DNA of 64,000 nt from Mobula hypostoma (Eukaryota): positions 112,718,001-112,782,000 of the forward strand of contig NC_086107.1 in the NCBI RefSeq assembly GCF_963921235.1. Reading direction: 5' to 3'. Positions 47,701-61,035 of this stretch are shown in pieces. The translations under genes and the position numbers were made by a program. The first letter of the stretch is position 1. Each line of letters opens with the position of its first letter. Under the pieces are notes generated by a model. The model searched no databases and was not told the DNA's origin. It saw nothing but the letters and a program-made list of their open reading frames with translations.

Positions 47701-49140
47701 TATAACGTCATAATTCCACGTGTCAATCCACACCCTCAACTCATCTGCCTTCCCCGCAATACTCCTAGCATTGAAATATATACACCTCAGAAGATTTTTA
47801 CCACCACTCACAACCTTTCTATCAGCGGATTTGCTTGAACTTTTAACATCATTTATTTTCACCCCAGCCACACCGTCAGCTCTGGCACTCTGGTTCCCAT
47901 CCCCCTGCAAATCTAGTTTAAAGCCTCCCCAATAGCACCAATAAACCTCCCTGAAAGGATATTGGTCCCCCTGTAGTTCAAGTGTAACCTGTCTCTCTTG
48001 TACAGGTCCCACCTGCCCCAGAAGAGGTCTCAATGATCCTGAAATCTGAAACCCTGCCCCCTACACCAGTTACTCAGCCACTCGTTCATCCTCCAGAGCA
48101 TCCTATTCCTACCCTCACTGGCACCTAGCACAGGTAGCAATCCTGAGATTACCACCCTCGAGCTCCTGCTTTTCAACTTCCTACCAAGCTCTCTATACTC
48201 ACTCTCCAGGACCTCCTCACTCTTCCTTGCTATGTCATTGGTACCGATGTGCACCACGACATCTGGCTGGTCACCCTCCCACTTCAGAATGTCATGCAAT
48301 CGATCAGAGACATCCTGACCCTGGCACCCGTGAGGCAACAAACCATTCTGGATTCTCTGTCACGACCACAGAACCTCCTATCTGCACCCCTAACTATCGA
48401 ATCCCCTATCACTACCGCTCTCCTCTTTCTCCCCCCTCCCTTCTGCACTGCAGAGCCAGACTCAGTGCCAGAGATCCGGCTACTGCAGCTAGTCCCAGGT
48501 AAGTCATCCCCCCCAACAGTATCCAATGCGGTATACTTGTTGTTGAGGGGAATGGCCACAGGGGAACCCTGCTCTGCCTGCCCTTTCCTCTTCCCTCGCC
48601 TGACAGTGACCCAATTACCTGTGCTCTGCTCCTTTGGCGTAACTACCTCCCTGTAACTACTATCCATAATCTCCTCATTCTCCCAAATGATCCGCAGGTC
48701 ATCCAGCTCCTGCTCCAGTTCCCTAACGCGGTTTGTTAGGAGCTGCAGCTGGATGCACTTCTTGCAGGTGTCGTTGTCAGGGACACCGGAGGGCTCCCTG
48801 ACTTCCCACATCCTGCAAGAGGAGCATTCCAACATCCGCCTGGCATTCTCTCTACTCTAAACAATCTGAACAAAAAACTTACCGGAACCTACCCTGGCCC
48901 CTGCCTGTTCTCGCTGAAGCCTGTTTGAGCCAAAGCCGTCCCACTCTGCTCCCTCTCACTCCGCTGCCCACTCACAACGCTGCCCGATGTATATGGTGGT
49001 CTGTTTTTAAACCTTGGCGTGCTACGTCATGCACCTGCGCAGTGCAGACCCTTCTCCCCGAGCAGTATTTTACAAAAACATGACTTTTTCTACCCAATTT
49101 CTTCACTCCCTTCTTCTCAGCTGCTTGCTTCAATGGCTCT
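44772..49140 (-). mobile_element. Near-full-length CR1 (third subfamily): ORF1 (Cys-rich + coiled coil + SGNH esterase) and ORF2 (APE + RT), disrupted
   Basis: ORF1 pieces 48284..48835 (CSSC...CKKC, GDSIVRG) and 48030..48341 (HIGTNDI). ORF2 pieces 46747..48033, 46199..46633 and 45028..46299 (FADDTK). (AACCATAG)n tail. The 5' boundary is approximate. Confidence 0.93.
46593..46714 (+). mobile_element. 122-bp retroposed insert (probable RTE-derived SINE 3' end) inside CR1 ORF2
   Basis: 10-bp TSD AATATACCTG at 46583-46592 and 46715-46724. Ends GGACGAACAAC. Perfect 11-bp hairpin at 46657-46682. Confidence 0.8.
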
Positions 49141-49229
49141 AGTTTTAGATTCTTTGTAGGTCAAAACAATCTGCAGCATCACTTTGCTCAAATACTTTCA
49201 TTGTCCTGACGACCTCAAACAATTAAAGA

Positions 49230-49890
49230 CTATAAGACATGGGAACAGTGGTGAGGAAGGTAAACGCAATGTTAGTATTCATTTTGAGAGGACTAGAATA
49301 TGAAAGCAAGGGTGTACTGTCGAGGCTTTACAAGACATTGGTATGGCCTCACTTGGAGTATTGTGAGCAGTTTTGGGCCCCTTATCCAAGAAAGGATTGG
49401 AGAGAGTTCACAGGATGTTCACAAGAATGATTCCGGGTATGAAAGAGTTACCTTATAAGGAGCGTTTGATGACTCTGGGTCTGTACTCACTGGAATTTAG
49501 AAGAATGAGGGAGGATCTCATTGAAACTTATTGAATGTTGAACAGCCCAGATAGAGTGAATGTGGAGAGGATGTTCCCTACGACGGGCTAGGATCAGAGA
49601 ATTGAGAGAGGTCCACTTAGAACAGAGATGAGAAGGAATTTCTTTAGCCAGAGTGTGGTGACTTTGGAATCTGTTGCCACAGGCAGCAGTGGAGACCAAG
49701 TCATTTGGTATATTTAAGGCAGAGGTTGATCGATTCTTGATAAGTCGGGTCGTGAAGGGATATGTGGGGGTGGGTGGGTGGAGGCAGGAGATTGGGGTTG
49801 AGAGGGAAATGGATCAGCCATGATGTAATGATGGAGCAGACTCGATGGGCCAAATGGCCTAATTTTGCTCCTGTACCTTATGGTTGTATG
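49230..49890 (+). mobile_element. Degenerate CR1 3' region
   Basis: ORF 49239..49430 (PHLEYCEQFWAPY) and CR1 3' UTR. Confidence 0.8.
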
Positions 49891-50348
49891 GTTTAGTTCA
49901 GCCCAGTCTGGTGTCTTATCAGCAAGATCCACTCCCCCTGCTCCATTCTTTGACTTCATACTTTTAAGGGTGAAGATCTCCAGCCTCTCTCTTCTGGTAT
50001 CATCCCTGTGAATCTTTTCAGTACTACACCACTGTACCCACTTCCTTTAATGATTTGGAGACTAGAGCTGTGCTCTACTGCAGTTACAGTCTAATCTAAG
50101 TTTACTATGTTTTCAATTCTAGTCCCACCCTCACCCCCCAAAAAAAAACAAACCCTGGTATTATGGTCCTGAATCCAAAGACCTGTTGAAGGGTCTGGGC
50201 CCAAAACTTCAGCTCTTTATTCCTTTTCATAGATGCTACCTGACCTGTTGAGCACCTCCACCATTTTGCGAGTGTTATCCTAGTGTTGCACATTTCCTAG
50301 ATCGTCTCTGAGAAACCACAACCCTTTCCGACTTTCTCTTCACACCAG

Positions 50349-50548
50349 CTCTCCATGAAGAATTCCACGCCGGGTTCACCCACGCACCATCGGAGTGCTA
50401 CATCGTCGCTGAGGACCACAAGTGCTACGGTATCCAGACCCAGCAACACCAGCTGTTCCTGACCTTCACGGCAGACACCCCAACCTTTGCTCTGCGGAAC
50501 ATTGCAACCAAAACGCTCAGCCTGCTGACGAAAGAAGTGCCTTTCTGA
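50349..50548 (+). CDS. FUZ: FUZ last coding exon 11 (A-LHEEFHAGFTHAPSECYIVAEDHKCYGIQTQQHQLFLTFTADTPTFALRNIATKTLSLLTKEVPF*)
   Basis: ctttctcttcacaccag acceptor, phase 1 fits exon 10, TGA at 50546-50548. PTFALRNIATKTL resembles human PTHGLRSLATHTL. Confidence 0.92.
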
Positions 50549-51349
50549 TCTCCCTGAGATGGGGGTGAAGCAGAATGATGCCGGTTTGTAGCTCACTCCA
50601 CACCTTCCCCCTCAGCAAAGTAGACCACCCACCCGTGTGGCACGGTCGTCGGGGTTGCTGAGCTGGCTCACACGGTCAGTGCTCCGTGTGGAAGAGGAGG
50701 ATGTTCGCCGGGCCCGGAAGTGGCCACAGTGAGTACTGATCAGTGATGACCATGTTTTAGTCTAACCAGGTGTGCTGTGCTGTTTGGGGTTAGTGACTGT
50801 CTAGGAATCTGTGTATGGGGTTATTGTTTGTGTGTGTGTGCACATGGGGTTAGTGACTGTCTAGGGATCTGTGTTTGTATGGGGACATTATTTGTCTAGG
50901 GGGTTCATGTGTCTGTCTTTAACACTAATCAATATATACACAAAACCTGAATGTTTTAATCTATTTCAAATTAATTGTAATCTGTGTCACTTTTTTTTTT
51001 GGGGCCTGACCTTGCAGAAACGAAATTATCTGAAGCCAAGGCCCAACTATCACGTTTAAACAGCAGAATTCAGTGCTGTTAGTAAACTATAACAATTTGA
51101 AGGAGCTGCCATTTGTCACTACCCATCATGTTCTTTCTAGGATAGAAATCTAAATGCTGTCTGTCACTTTCAAGGTTCTGAGGAAATCATCCAGACAATC
51201 GGTGTCTTGCCTTGTCAATCTCCTCAGCACAGAAATACACAAAATTCATCATTGTATGTATGAATAGGTTTTGTCTACGCAAGCTTTTTGTAGAGGAACC
51301 CATTCACCCCATTTCCCCACTTTCTCCTTCCAAATAATTTTTTCCGTCT

Positions 51350-51750
51350 TAGTTCATTTCCCATGAATCTTTAGTGAAATGTTGCACTTTATGGTTTTGT
51401 TTGCTTGAAGCATGTCAACCAGCTGCATGTAGTTTGGTGTTCTGTAGATGCCGAGAAAACTTAACATGTTTGAATGCCTTCCTGTGATTTTCTCCAGTCC
51501 TCCTAGAAATTCTTTGAATTGCCCATCAGTGACGACCTGTTTGATTTGTGTACCAACAAAAAACACCTTCCTTAATCTTGGCATCAGTTATTCTGAATTG
51601 AATTATGAATTGAAATAACACATACAGGCAATTTAAAAAAAAGGTGCATGAAAGGGGAATTTCATGGTGATTTTCATGATCGGCAGTCCAAAATCCATAA
51701 TATACACCAAAGAGTATTCAAGAGTAATCTCTGTTACCTAGTGTATTCAC
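51350..51750 (-). mobile_element. Degenerate DNA transposase fragment (tentatively Sola-type)
   Basis: ORF 51354..51584 has FVGTQIKQ...FLG.Y..PNY.QLV...CNISLKIH, resembling the GIFVGPQI...NMSLKIHFLHSHLD transposase motif. Superfamily uncertain. Confidence 0.55.
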
Positions 51751-52867
51751 TTATAGTTCTGCATTGGTTCAGTTTTGGGCAAATAAACAAAATCAAATGC
51801 TGGGAGAACTCAGCCAGTCAAGCAGTGACTGTCAAAAGAGAAACCTGTTTAATGCTTCCTGTCAAAGGGCCTTCATCAGGACTGCTGTGTCACTGAGTTG
51901 TCACAGTATTTCTGCTGTTTCTCCATTGTTCTTTGCCTCGGATAACAGCTTTCATACTGTTGTTCAAAGATCAAGAGCTTTTGCTCTACACCATGATCAC
52001 ATTCACTCCCCTGTGAGTAGTCTGCTCCCTTGTTCACTACCTCCTTGCAATATGTGCAGGGGATGAACGATTAACTAGTTAACAATTATAAACAAGGTCA
52101 TGCTACTGGGGCTGAACAACGATCCCTCTGTCACTAATTGGCAGAAACCTAGCTGTCCTTCTCAAAAGCCACAAGCTTTTAAAATAGAACATACTTGGAT
52201 CTAACTATTGAATTTTCAGTAGTACTGGGAATGCAAAAAAAAGGTGCATTACAGATGGGATGTTTTAAATTCTATGCTGCATCCATAATCAATGAGAAAC
52301 TGATAAAAAAGATTTATTCCCTTAATTTATTTTTTTTTAAACTTAGAGTTGCCTTTTTCTTCTTCTTGTTGAAATGTGTTGGTTAGCTAGTAATGTGGTG
52401 GAGGATATTAAATGCAATCCCAGTTCTGCTCCAGTAACTCCCCTGGCCTGTGCCTCACACCGCTCATTGTTCTGAATCAGTCTTCATACATTCTCTGGGT
52501 ATGAACAATCCAACTGCAGCAAAATAAATGAGCAGAGACAGAGGTCGATCATAATGTCAATGTTTTATCTAAATACTGTTCTTCATTTTACATCTCTTCA
52601 GTTAAACATTTGTCATTTAACACTGATGAGGATCACATCTCAGGTGTACATGGCTGCGTACACAACACCCATACGCAATGTTACAAGCCACTCCTCTAAA
52701 GCAAGTAATTGCATAGTAACAGAATATTTCACTATGTATTCAGCTGTACTGGTACTCAGGTGATCTCTAGATCAGATGGACCTATCTCCTCTTAATTTTA
52801 TCCAGCCTTCTCTCCTAAACTACATGACCCTTGAGGTACAGGCACTACTAAACCACCACCGTTACAT

Positions 52868-53140
52868 TTTTTAATTATTTATTGAGATACAGCACAGAAT
52901 CATCCCCTCAAGCTGCACTGCCCCGCAATCCCCTGATTTAATCCTAGCCTAATCACAGGACAATTTCCAATGACCAATTAACCTACCAACCGTTGTGATT
53001 TTGGTCTGTTGGAGGAAAGCTGAGCAGCTGAAGGAAACCCACAGGGAGATCGTACAAACTCCTTACAGGCAGCGGTGGGAAGTGATCGCAGGTCGCTGGT
53101 ACTGTGAAGTGTTGTACTAACCATTACACTACTCCGCTCT
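52868..53140 (-). mobile_element. tRNA-derived SINE
   Basis: TTTATTTATTGAGATACAGC tail on the + strand; same family as 28710-28982. Confidence 0.75.
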
Positions 53141-56100
53141 CCCATGTATGGATACTTAAACTGTGGCCACAGTTACAGTAGGAAATGAATTACCTGCTGT
53201 CTAAGTCAATGATGCACAGCCCTGGGGGGGAAGAAAGCACTCACTTCTGCCTTCACTCAACATGCATCTTGGATGGGAGGCAGAAACAAATGATGCTGAT
53301 TGGCTCCATTTTCTACCTGGCCAGTTGCAGAACCTCCTCTTGGTCTGCTGCAAACCCCAGCCCACATTCAATCCAGTCTCTGATAATCATCCCTGTTCCC
53401 TGCCCCATCCTGTCCCAAACCCTTGCACCCCCAGCAGCTCTCCCATCTCCAAGTGCACTTTCCTTCCACTAATTCCAGTGCCCTCTTCTCGGTCCATTTT
53501 CTCTCTTGTTCAGGCAACCAGTACCCCTCTACAACTGTAGAAAATGTGATAAGGATCAGCATGGGGGTGATGTGGAGTTCGCAGGTTGGCCACAAAATAG
53601 TTCATGCCAGCTCATTGTGACGATAATTCCCATTGTAATGCTGCCATGACCACCGTAGCATCCCACCCTACACATCCATCACAATGAGGATTTCACAGGT
53701 TTCCTGTCACTGAAATACAGTGCAGGGTATTCTCCAGTCAATGGGTGTGTTGGTTGTTAACACACAATGTTTCACAGTAGGTTTCAAAGTACATGTGAAA
53801 AATAAACCGGAACCTTGAATCCACCGCTCCAACATCAACCTTGGCACGCTGTTGACTAGACGGGATATACACATTTGTGTTCTCTCCGAGCGGGCTGATT
53901 CCTCAAGGATCATGGAAGGACATCACAATACAATTGAACATCAGGCAAGGTTAAATGCAGCCGGTAACTACCTGGCTTTTCATCGCAATTGTATAATGAT
54001 TGCAAAAACAAGTACGAGATTGGCTGGAGAAATTAAGAACTTCCCAGGGGTGGATTCTGGGAGTATAATGTATGCAGAACTATGACAAAAGGAGCCTGAC
54101 TATCCTCATGTGTCTACCGGTTTTCCCTGACAGGATGAAACAGGAAACCCACATTAAAGAATTGTGATGTGCTGTTAATGAGAAATCAGCTCCACTGGTG
54201 GCAGAGTCAGAGCTCGAGGGCACAAAGTCAATGACCCAGAGAATGATGCTGATAAACGCTGCCTGATGGTCTGGGGGGTGGATTACTCCTCTAATACCAA
54301 CTTTCAGAAGAGTCAAATAGATGAGAAAGCAAATATGGACAGTACCCTAATGTTGGTCTGATTTACAGGTAACATGGGAAGCGTGATCCCCTATGATTCT
54401 GGATTCATTACTGTTTTTTTTAAACTCTAAAAATAAAATCACTGCTGACCAGTTTCCAAACTGTATTTACTTATTTCAAAAAGTTGTCCACACAGATATC
54501 TTCCAAATCATTTTACGTGAAACCACGATCACCATAGGGCAGTTACTGTGGTCCCTAGCAAGTACTAAAGAAGTTAATTTATACACAGAAAGATCCCACC
54601 CTACAGCTATAAGGTTAATAATCAGAAACTGTCTTCTGGTGATGCTCTGCTTGTAGGTGGATACTGGGAAAGTTCAGTGAGAACCGTAACTATCAGAACT
54701 TTGCGATTGATAGAAAGGGCCACGGTCGAAATAAATCATGGGAGCTTATACCATATCACAAGTAATTTTTGATTGGTGTGTGGGTTGAAGTGTTTTGCTC
54801 CCATCTGTACCTGGTAGTGCCTGGGTGAGATGAGAATGTTTATAACAATCAGTGATCTGGAATGCAGAGGAAACTTATCTAAACTCTGACAATTCACAAT
54901 TTGCACTCACTGCAATCCAGGGCAGGGCTCCCGATCCAAGGACAGAAATTACAAGGGGCAGAATTAGGCAATTTTTCACACCATACTGCCCAGCTTCAAT
55001 ACTTAACCAAAGCTGTCTAGTGAAAAACAGTTTGGGATTGTTTAATTCTACCTTACCCATTCCTGAAAGGAAGTACTCTGAAAAATATAAATAAAACCTT
55101 CACTTGTGATTACTGACAATCCTAAACATCAAGGAGAGTTTTTGCTTTTGACATACTCATGGCAGCCAATTGGACACCACAAACAGCATTGTTGTAATTG
55201 AGCTAACAATTTAACGATCTTCCCTAGTGAGACAAAATTGGTCCACAACAGGGAGAATCTCCCTGCTTTTCTCAGGGCAAGGTAAAGATCCTCCTTGCAT
55301 GTGTGCAGACGGGTCACTGATTCAGCAGAAACCAGACAGAGCAAGAGGCTGGGTTACATGCACCCATAACAGAAAAGGCAGTATAGTACAGAAAAAAAGG
55401 GGTTTTGCATCCCAACAAAGAGTTCTGCGAGGGAGCTGTGGGTTCAGATTGACTGAACATTGGGTAAATACTTGCTGGGGGGTTGATGTCCTCAGGTTGA
55501 ATGGTAAAGCTGGCAGAGATGATCCACACAGAAGCTTTGACCAGAACGATGACACATTTAATACCAACTGGAAGCAGGAACATCAGCTTGTTTCCCTAGA
55601 AAAGGCACTGAAGCAATGTGGCCACGATCAGTATGGTGTGGTGTGACATACTCCCTATACCCACAGCTCAGTGCCTTGAGGTGATATTTGGTGGAGCTAG
55701 AGGGTCAAAGTTTTGACAAAGTTTAAACTGATTTTTGGGGCATGGATGTTGCAGAAGAGGCAAGCTGGGTGATATGGTGAAGGTTCTCCCATCGTTGTTG
55801 GAGAATTCTAGCTCCCTTCCACAGTGAAGGGATGGAGATGTGTAGGTGGTACAAGTTATGGTGATGCACTTGGTGTTTCCATTCTCCAAATGTTCTAGCT
55901 GATTTGGTGGTAGAGGTCAAACAATTGGAAGCTATTGTTAGAACAGTCTTGTTCATAATGCACCTACAGGGCACCATGGTTGTCAGCAATATTTAAGGTG
56001 ATGAAAAGTTTGCTAAAATCAGGTGAACTGCTTGGTCTTGGACGTTGTCACTATCAGAGATGGATCAAAGCCCATTTGATCCAAAACCCCGATTATCTCT

Positions 56101-58229
56101 CCATAGATAGTGCATGAGTGTTTACAGCATTTTGATTTTAATCTCCTAAGTGAGGAACACATCTTTTGATCTGCAAGAAAGAGGCAGTTGTGGGGGGGGG
56201 GGGGGTGTAAACTTTGTCCATGGAATATTTCACCCAAGGACCAATAACAAATATACTCTCTACAGGACACAAATTAAAAGGAAGCTGAGTAATAAGGAAG
56301 ATCAGGGTTTGTGTTAAGGTTATAAGCACCAAGAATTGGATACCACACACAGAATACTCTTATAATAACTACGCCTAATGAGTACCTCAGCTTCAGAACA
56401 AAATGTAAATATGCACGTGTGCAATCTCCTACCACGTTGACTGCAAAACTACCAGTATAGCTGCTTACACAGAACAAAGGCCAGAGGCACACGAACAAAA
56501 TACTATATTGTTGGCCACACAATATTATACACTTATCCTTTGATTAAAGTGCTTCACATCACTAAGTTAATTGCTTTGATACAGAATGAGCCCCATTTGT
56601 TACCTGTAAATATGCTGCATTTAAACAAGGCATACTAGTTTATTGTTGCTGAATAGCTTCCCTGCTAGACATCCAATTAGGTGGCTTTTCCATCTCACTG
56701 CTCACAGAAGGGAATGCAGCCCTCCCCTCGTACAGATCACCAGAACATGCAGATAATCAAGACTATGCCAAAGAGAATACAAAATATTCATCTACTACCT
56801 GTTGAAAATGGTAAAAATGCTTGATCTACATGGGAAGACTGACACCATCACTCACAGGAATCCTGTCTGGTAGGTAGACTACATGGACTATCTTGAGACC
56901 TGAAACTTTTCTCATTTCAAATTGTTGTTGAAAACACACAGAAGATTAACAGAAATATTCATTTCTGTAAAATACTCCTGAAGGTGTTGACTGTCCCTGC
57001 ACTACGCTTTCACAGGTTGCTCTGCCGTACTAGGAATGCTATCAGGCTTTTCCCCACGAGAACTTTACAGTCGCTTGTAGAAAGTGCCGCACAATAATCA
57101 GAAGGAGAAGAGATCTGGTTGGTGGGTCTCCTTCCCTGTCCACTGACAAGGTGTCACTGGTCATCAGTCCTACCTGGGCACTTCCTTGCCTTTGCATCTA
57201 CATCTTGAAAAGTGCCTTTGACCAATTGACACACTGCTTGCAAAGACTCAGAGGGCTAGTTTTACAATCAAGTCACTGCAACAGAAAGAAAACAATTAAA
57301 AATAAGAGCAGACGTGTCGGAAATCATGAGCTGCGATAACAAGGTCAACTGACTGGAAGTTCGCCCACTGACAACTGCAATTTGCAAACTGTTTACACTA
57401 CAACCAACCCCACATGATATTCTGATATGAAAGGCGGATTGTTACATCTATTATCAAGGGTCAAGTGTGATAGTGGAGGACTAAAAATAGATATATTAAA
57501 AAAATCTTTCAATGGAAGCATCTCATTTTAAAATGAGCAATAAATTGCATCTCATGTTCACATTTAGAATGGAAACTACCCATGTAAACATCAGTGTAGT
57601 TACCCCTGCTTAATAGTAGTTGCTTTCAGTAATGTTTACACAAGTTTGAACATTCATAAGAAATATTAAGGACAATGTATAATACTGAAATGTGCACCAA
57701 ATTTATTCCCTTTAACCCTGTTTCGCAGGTACTGTCCTAGATCCCAATTCTCTCCCCACCCCGCTTCTTAAACCTGTTGACAAGAGTTAGGGAAAATTCT
57801 TCACATATTGAAACTAGCTTGAATGCTAACTATACAACATCCCTCTGACAGACGCGAGTTGAAAGTGCTATTGATGTTAGATTAATATTACTTTATTTTT
57901 TATTTAGAGATAGATACTGCACAGTAACAGGCCCTTCTGGCCCAACCAGCCTGTGCTGCCCATTTGACCATTAACCTACTAACCTGTATACTGAATAAAC
58001 AGAGAACAGGAGGAACACTGTAGTTTTCAGTAACAAGTGGTTTTGCCTCCTCCAGATATCAAGTGTATTGAGGGTAGCTAAGGAAGGTTTAAAATCTGTG
58101 TTTTAAAGTTAGTAAAATTATGAAAATGGAGAGTAAAAGAAGCTCTTAAAAACTTACATTTAGAGGGGAAATGGTCAGTGTGATTTCCATCTTCCTATCA
58201 GTGATGCTATTAAAGAGTCACTAAACCTA

Positions 58230-58447
58230 AACACGAGGAAATCTGCAGGTGCTGAAATTTCAAGCAACACACATAAAAGTTGCTGGTGAACGCAGCAGGC
58301 CAGGCAGCATCTCTAGGAAGAGGTACAGTCGACGTTTCAGGCCGAGACCCTTTGTCAGGACTAACTCCGGTCTCGGCCCGAAACGTCAACTGTACCTCTT
58401 CCTAGAGATGCTGCCTGGCCTGCTGCGTTCACCAGCAACTTTCATGT
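58230..58447. mobile_element. Young palindromic Penelope pLTR derivative with 15-bp TSD
   Basis: ~80-bp inverted arms at 58270-58349 and 58369-58448 with hammerhead halves. TSD GAGT(C/G)ACTAAACCTA at 58215-58229 and 58448-58462. Confidence 0.88.
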
Positions 58448-58904
58448 GAGTGACTAAACCTATCTGGATTTCCTGTAGTGGGCTGGTGTGCATGGAAGAA
58501 GTATTTCTTCCTCCATGTTGCTGAGGATACCAAGAGAATAAATTAGGAATTTCAAATTGTGAATTGAGGGAGGGGAAATGGGTAGATCTACTACGATCTC
58601 ATTAAATCTCTCAAGGGCGCGGAGCTAAAAGGCCAACTCCTGGCCTGAAACTTAGATTTTGGTCTAAAGAAACTAAGCAGATGATTTCCAACATCTGCAG
58701 ATCTTTTATCTTCCTTTACCGTCTAGCAATTGTAGACCGTATGATATAGGAGCAGAATTGGGCCGTTTGGTCTGACAGGTCTGCTCCCCAATCTTGCTTT
58801 GGTGCCAGTGTCTTTCCAGGGGGGGGTCAGTTTGTTTAATGTTGAGTAATTGTCACGGGGCGGGGGGGGGGGGGAAGAGAGAGAAATTCCTCACAAAATG
58901 TTTT

Positions 58905-59160
58905 GAGGGATAAGGTGGGCAACCGAGATGCAGCACAGAGCGTCATAGGAAGTCATTCCTGCCTGTGGCCATCAAACTTTACAACTCCTCCCTTGGAGGG
59001 TCAGACACCCTGAGCCAATAGGCTGGTCCTGGATTTATTTCATAATTTACTGGCATAATTTACATATTACTATTTGACTATCTATGGTTCTATTACTATT
59101 ATTTATGGTGCAACTGTAACGAAAACCAATTTCCCCCGGGATCAATAAAGTATGACTCTG
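58905..59160 (+). mobile_element. Rex1/Babar-like LINE 3' end
   Basis: RHRKSFLPVAIKLYN remnant and GGGATCAATAAAGTATGACT tail. Confidence 0.75.
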
Positions 59161-60157
59161 AAATGAAGCGGTTGTACTATAGATCAGAATCCAGTTACAG
59201 TGGAACTGCTTCTATGGTGATGGCATTACGTTCAGTGCTCTTCATATTTCTTGACAGATTAGTCCAGTTTACGGAGGAGGAAATCATTCTTCAAGCACCG
59301 AAAGACTGGCTGCCCTAATGTCCATTATATAGCTTGTCTGTTCACCTTACCGAGAACACAAAAAAACTGTTGTGTCCCATCGATCCTGCTTCACCATTCA
59401 ATGAGATCTTGGCTTAATGACACCAACTCTGCCTTCCCCAATGGTGGATAGGGTTGCATAATGTTAATTTCCTTGTAGTTTAACTTTCTTAAGCTTGTTT
59501 GTATTTTTATATAATCACCTATATCCACGTGATTGTTCAGTGAGTTTTTCCAGTAGTTATAGTTGCTTCTGTACTTTTCTGGAAACTTCTTGGATTCAGT
59601 GACCGGTGTCACATTATTTAAATGGTTAACTGTTATCAGTTGGAATTTCTATGGAATCAGTATCTGATACAAGAAGTTGAAACCATTTTTGTTCACTCTT
59701 TTCCCTGGGCTCTCTTCCTCTGCTCTTCTCTTCTCTCTCTCACACACTATATTTCTCCCGTTTCCTTTAAGGCTCAGCAAAACTATCTTAGGCAACAAGT
59801 TCCATGTCTCATTGTTAATTTCCATAACAAACGCATCGGGATCCAATACCACCTGAGTATCGAAGCATCTATCAATCTGTCATGACTTGTACTTGGCCAT
59901 ATCCTCTGGGGTGCAGAACTCAGAGACTATTTCTCTTAAAGGCCATTTGGCCCATCAAGTCTAAGTGAGCTCGTGGAACAATCCCTCAATCCCAATCCTC
60001 CACTCGCTTACCTGTTATATTTTCTCTTGCATGCTGATCAACTCCCCACTCAGCAATGCTGGGGTTAATTTACCAGTGGTCAATCAACCTATCAGCATCT
60101 CCTTGGAAGGAAATTGGAGCACTGGGGGGGGGGGGTGCGGTGGGACCCACGCTATAA

Positions 60158-60515
60158 GGGGGATCTCATTGAAACCTATCGAATATTGAAAGGCCGAGAT
60201 AGAGTGGACACTCTCCTATCGTGGGAGAGACTAGGACCAGAGGGCACAGCCTCAGAATAGAAGGACATTCCTCTAGAATAGAGATGAGGAAGAAATACTT
60301 TAGCCAGAGGGTGGTGAATCTGTTTTATTCATTGCCACAGACTGCAAGTCTTTGGGTATATTTAAAGCGATGTTGATAGGTTCTTGATTAGTAAGAGGGC
60401 TAAGGGTTATGGGGAAAAGGCAGGGGAAGGGGTTGAGAGGAATAATCAGCCATGATGGAATGGTGGAGCAGACTCAATGGGCCAGATGGCCTAATTCTAC
60501 TCCCATGTCTTATGG
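60158..60515 (+). mobile_element. Degenerate CR1 3' end
   Basis: GGGGATCTCATTGAAACC (GDLIET) remnant and CR1 3' UTR. Confidence 0.75.
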
Positions 60516-60804
60516 GAAGAACATAGCCTTTGTTGACAACACCAGATGTCTGGATTGAACAGGTCTGCTGGAGCTGAAGAATAGTAAGCTGCACTACCTG
60601 GCACTCTACCGAAAGTATTCGCAACTCACCAATCAGATGATTCTGGGACAAGATGGGGGGGGGGGGGTGTGGCCGGTTTACTAAAATCAAGACAATTTAG
60701 AAGTAATTCTAAAGTTACCTCATGCAGTCACTACTGTAAATTCCACCATCAGGGTCCCTCTGCAGTTTGTCCTGTGATGCCTGTGCTTGTAGAACATTAA
60801 TTGT

Positions 60805-61035
60805 ATTTAGTTAGAGAGACAGTGCAGAACAGGCCCTCCCGACCCTTAAAGCCACACTGACCAACAAGCCACCCATTTAAACCTAGCCTTATCATGGAAC
60901 AATTTACAATGATTAATTAATCTACTAATTTGTAGATCTTTAGACTTGTGGAAGGAAGCCAGACATTCCCCGGGGAGAATGTACAAACCCCTTAAAAAGG
61001 ATGCCCTGTGCTGTGATAGTCACGCTAAGCGCTAT
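60805..61035 (-). mobile_element. Degenerate tRNA-derived SINE
   Basis: Shares the AACCTAGCC...ACAATTTACAATGA...AATTAA block with 52868-53140. Confidence 0.6.
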
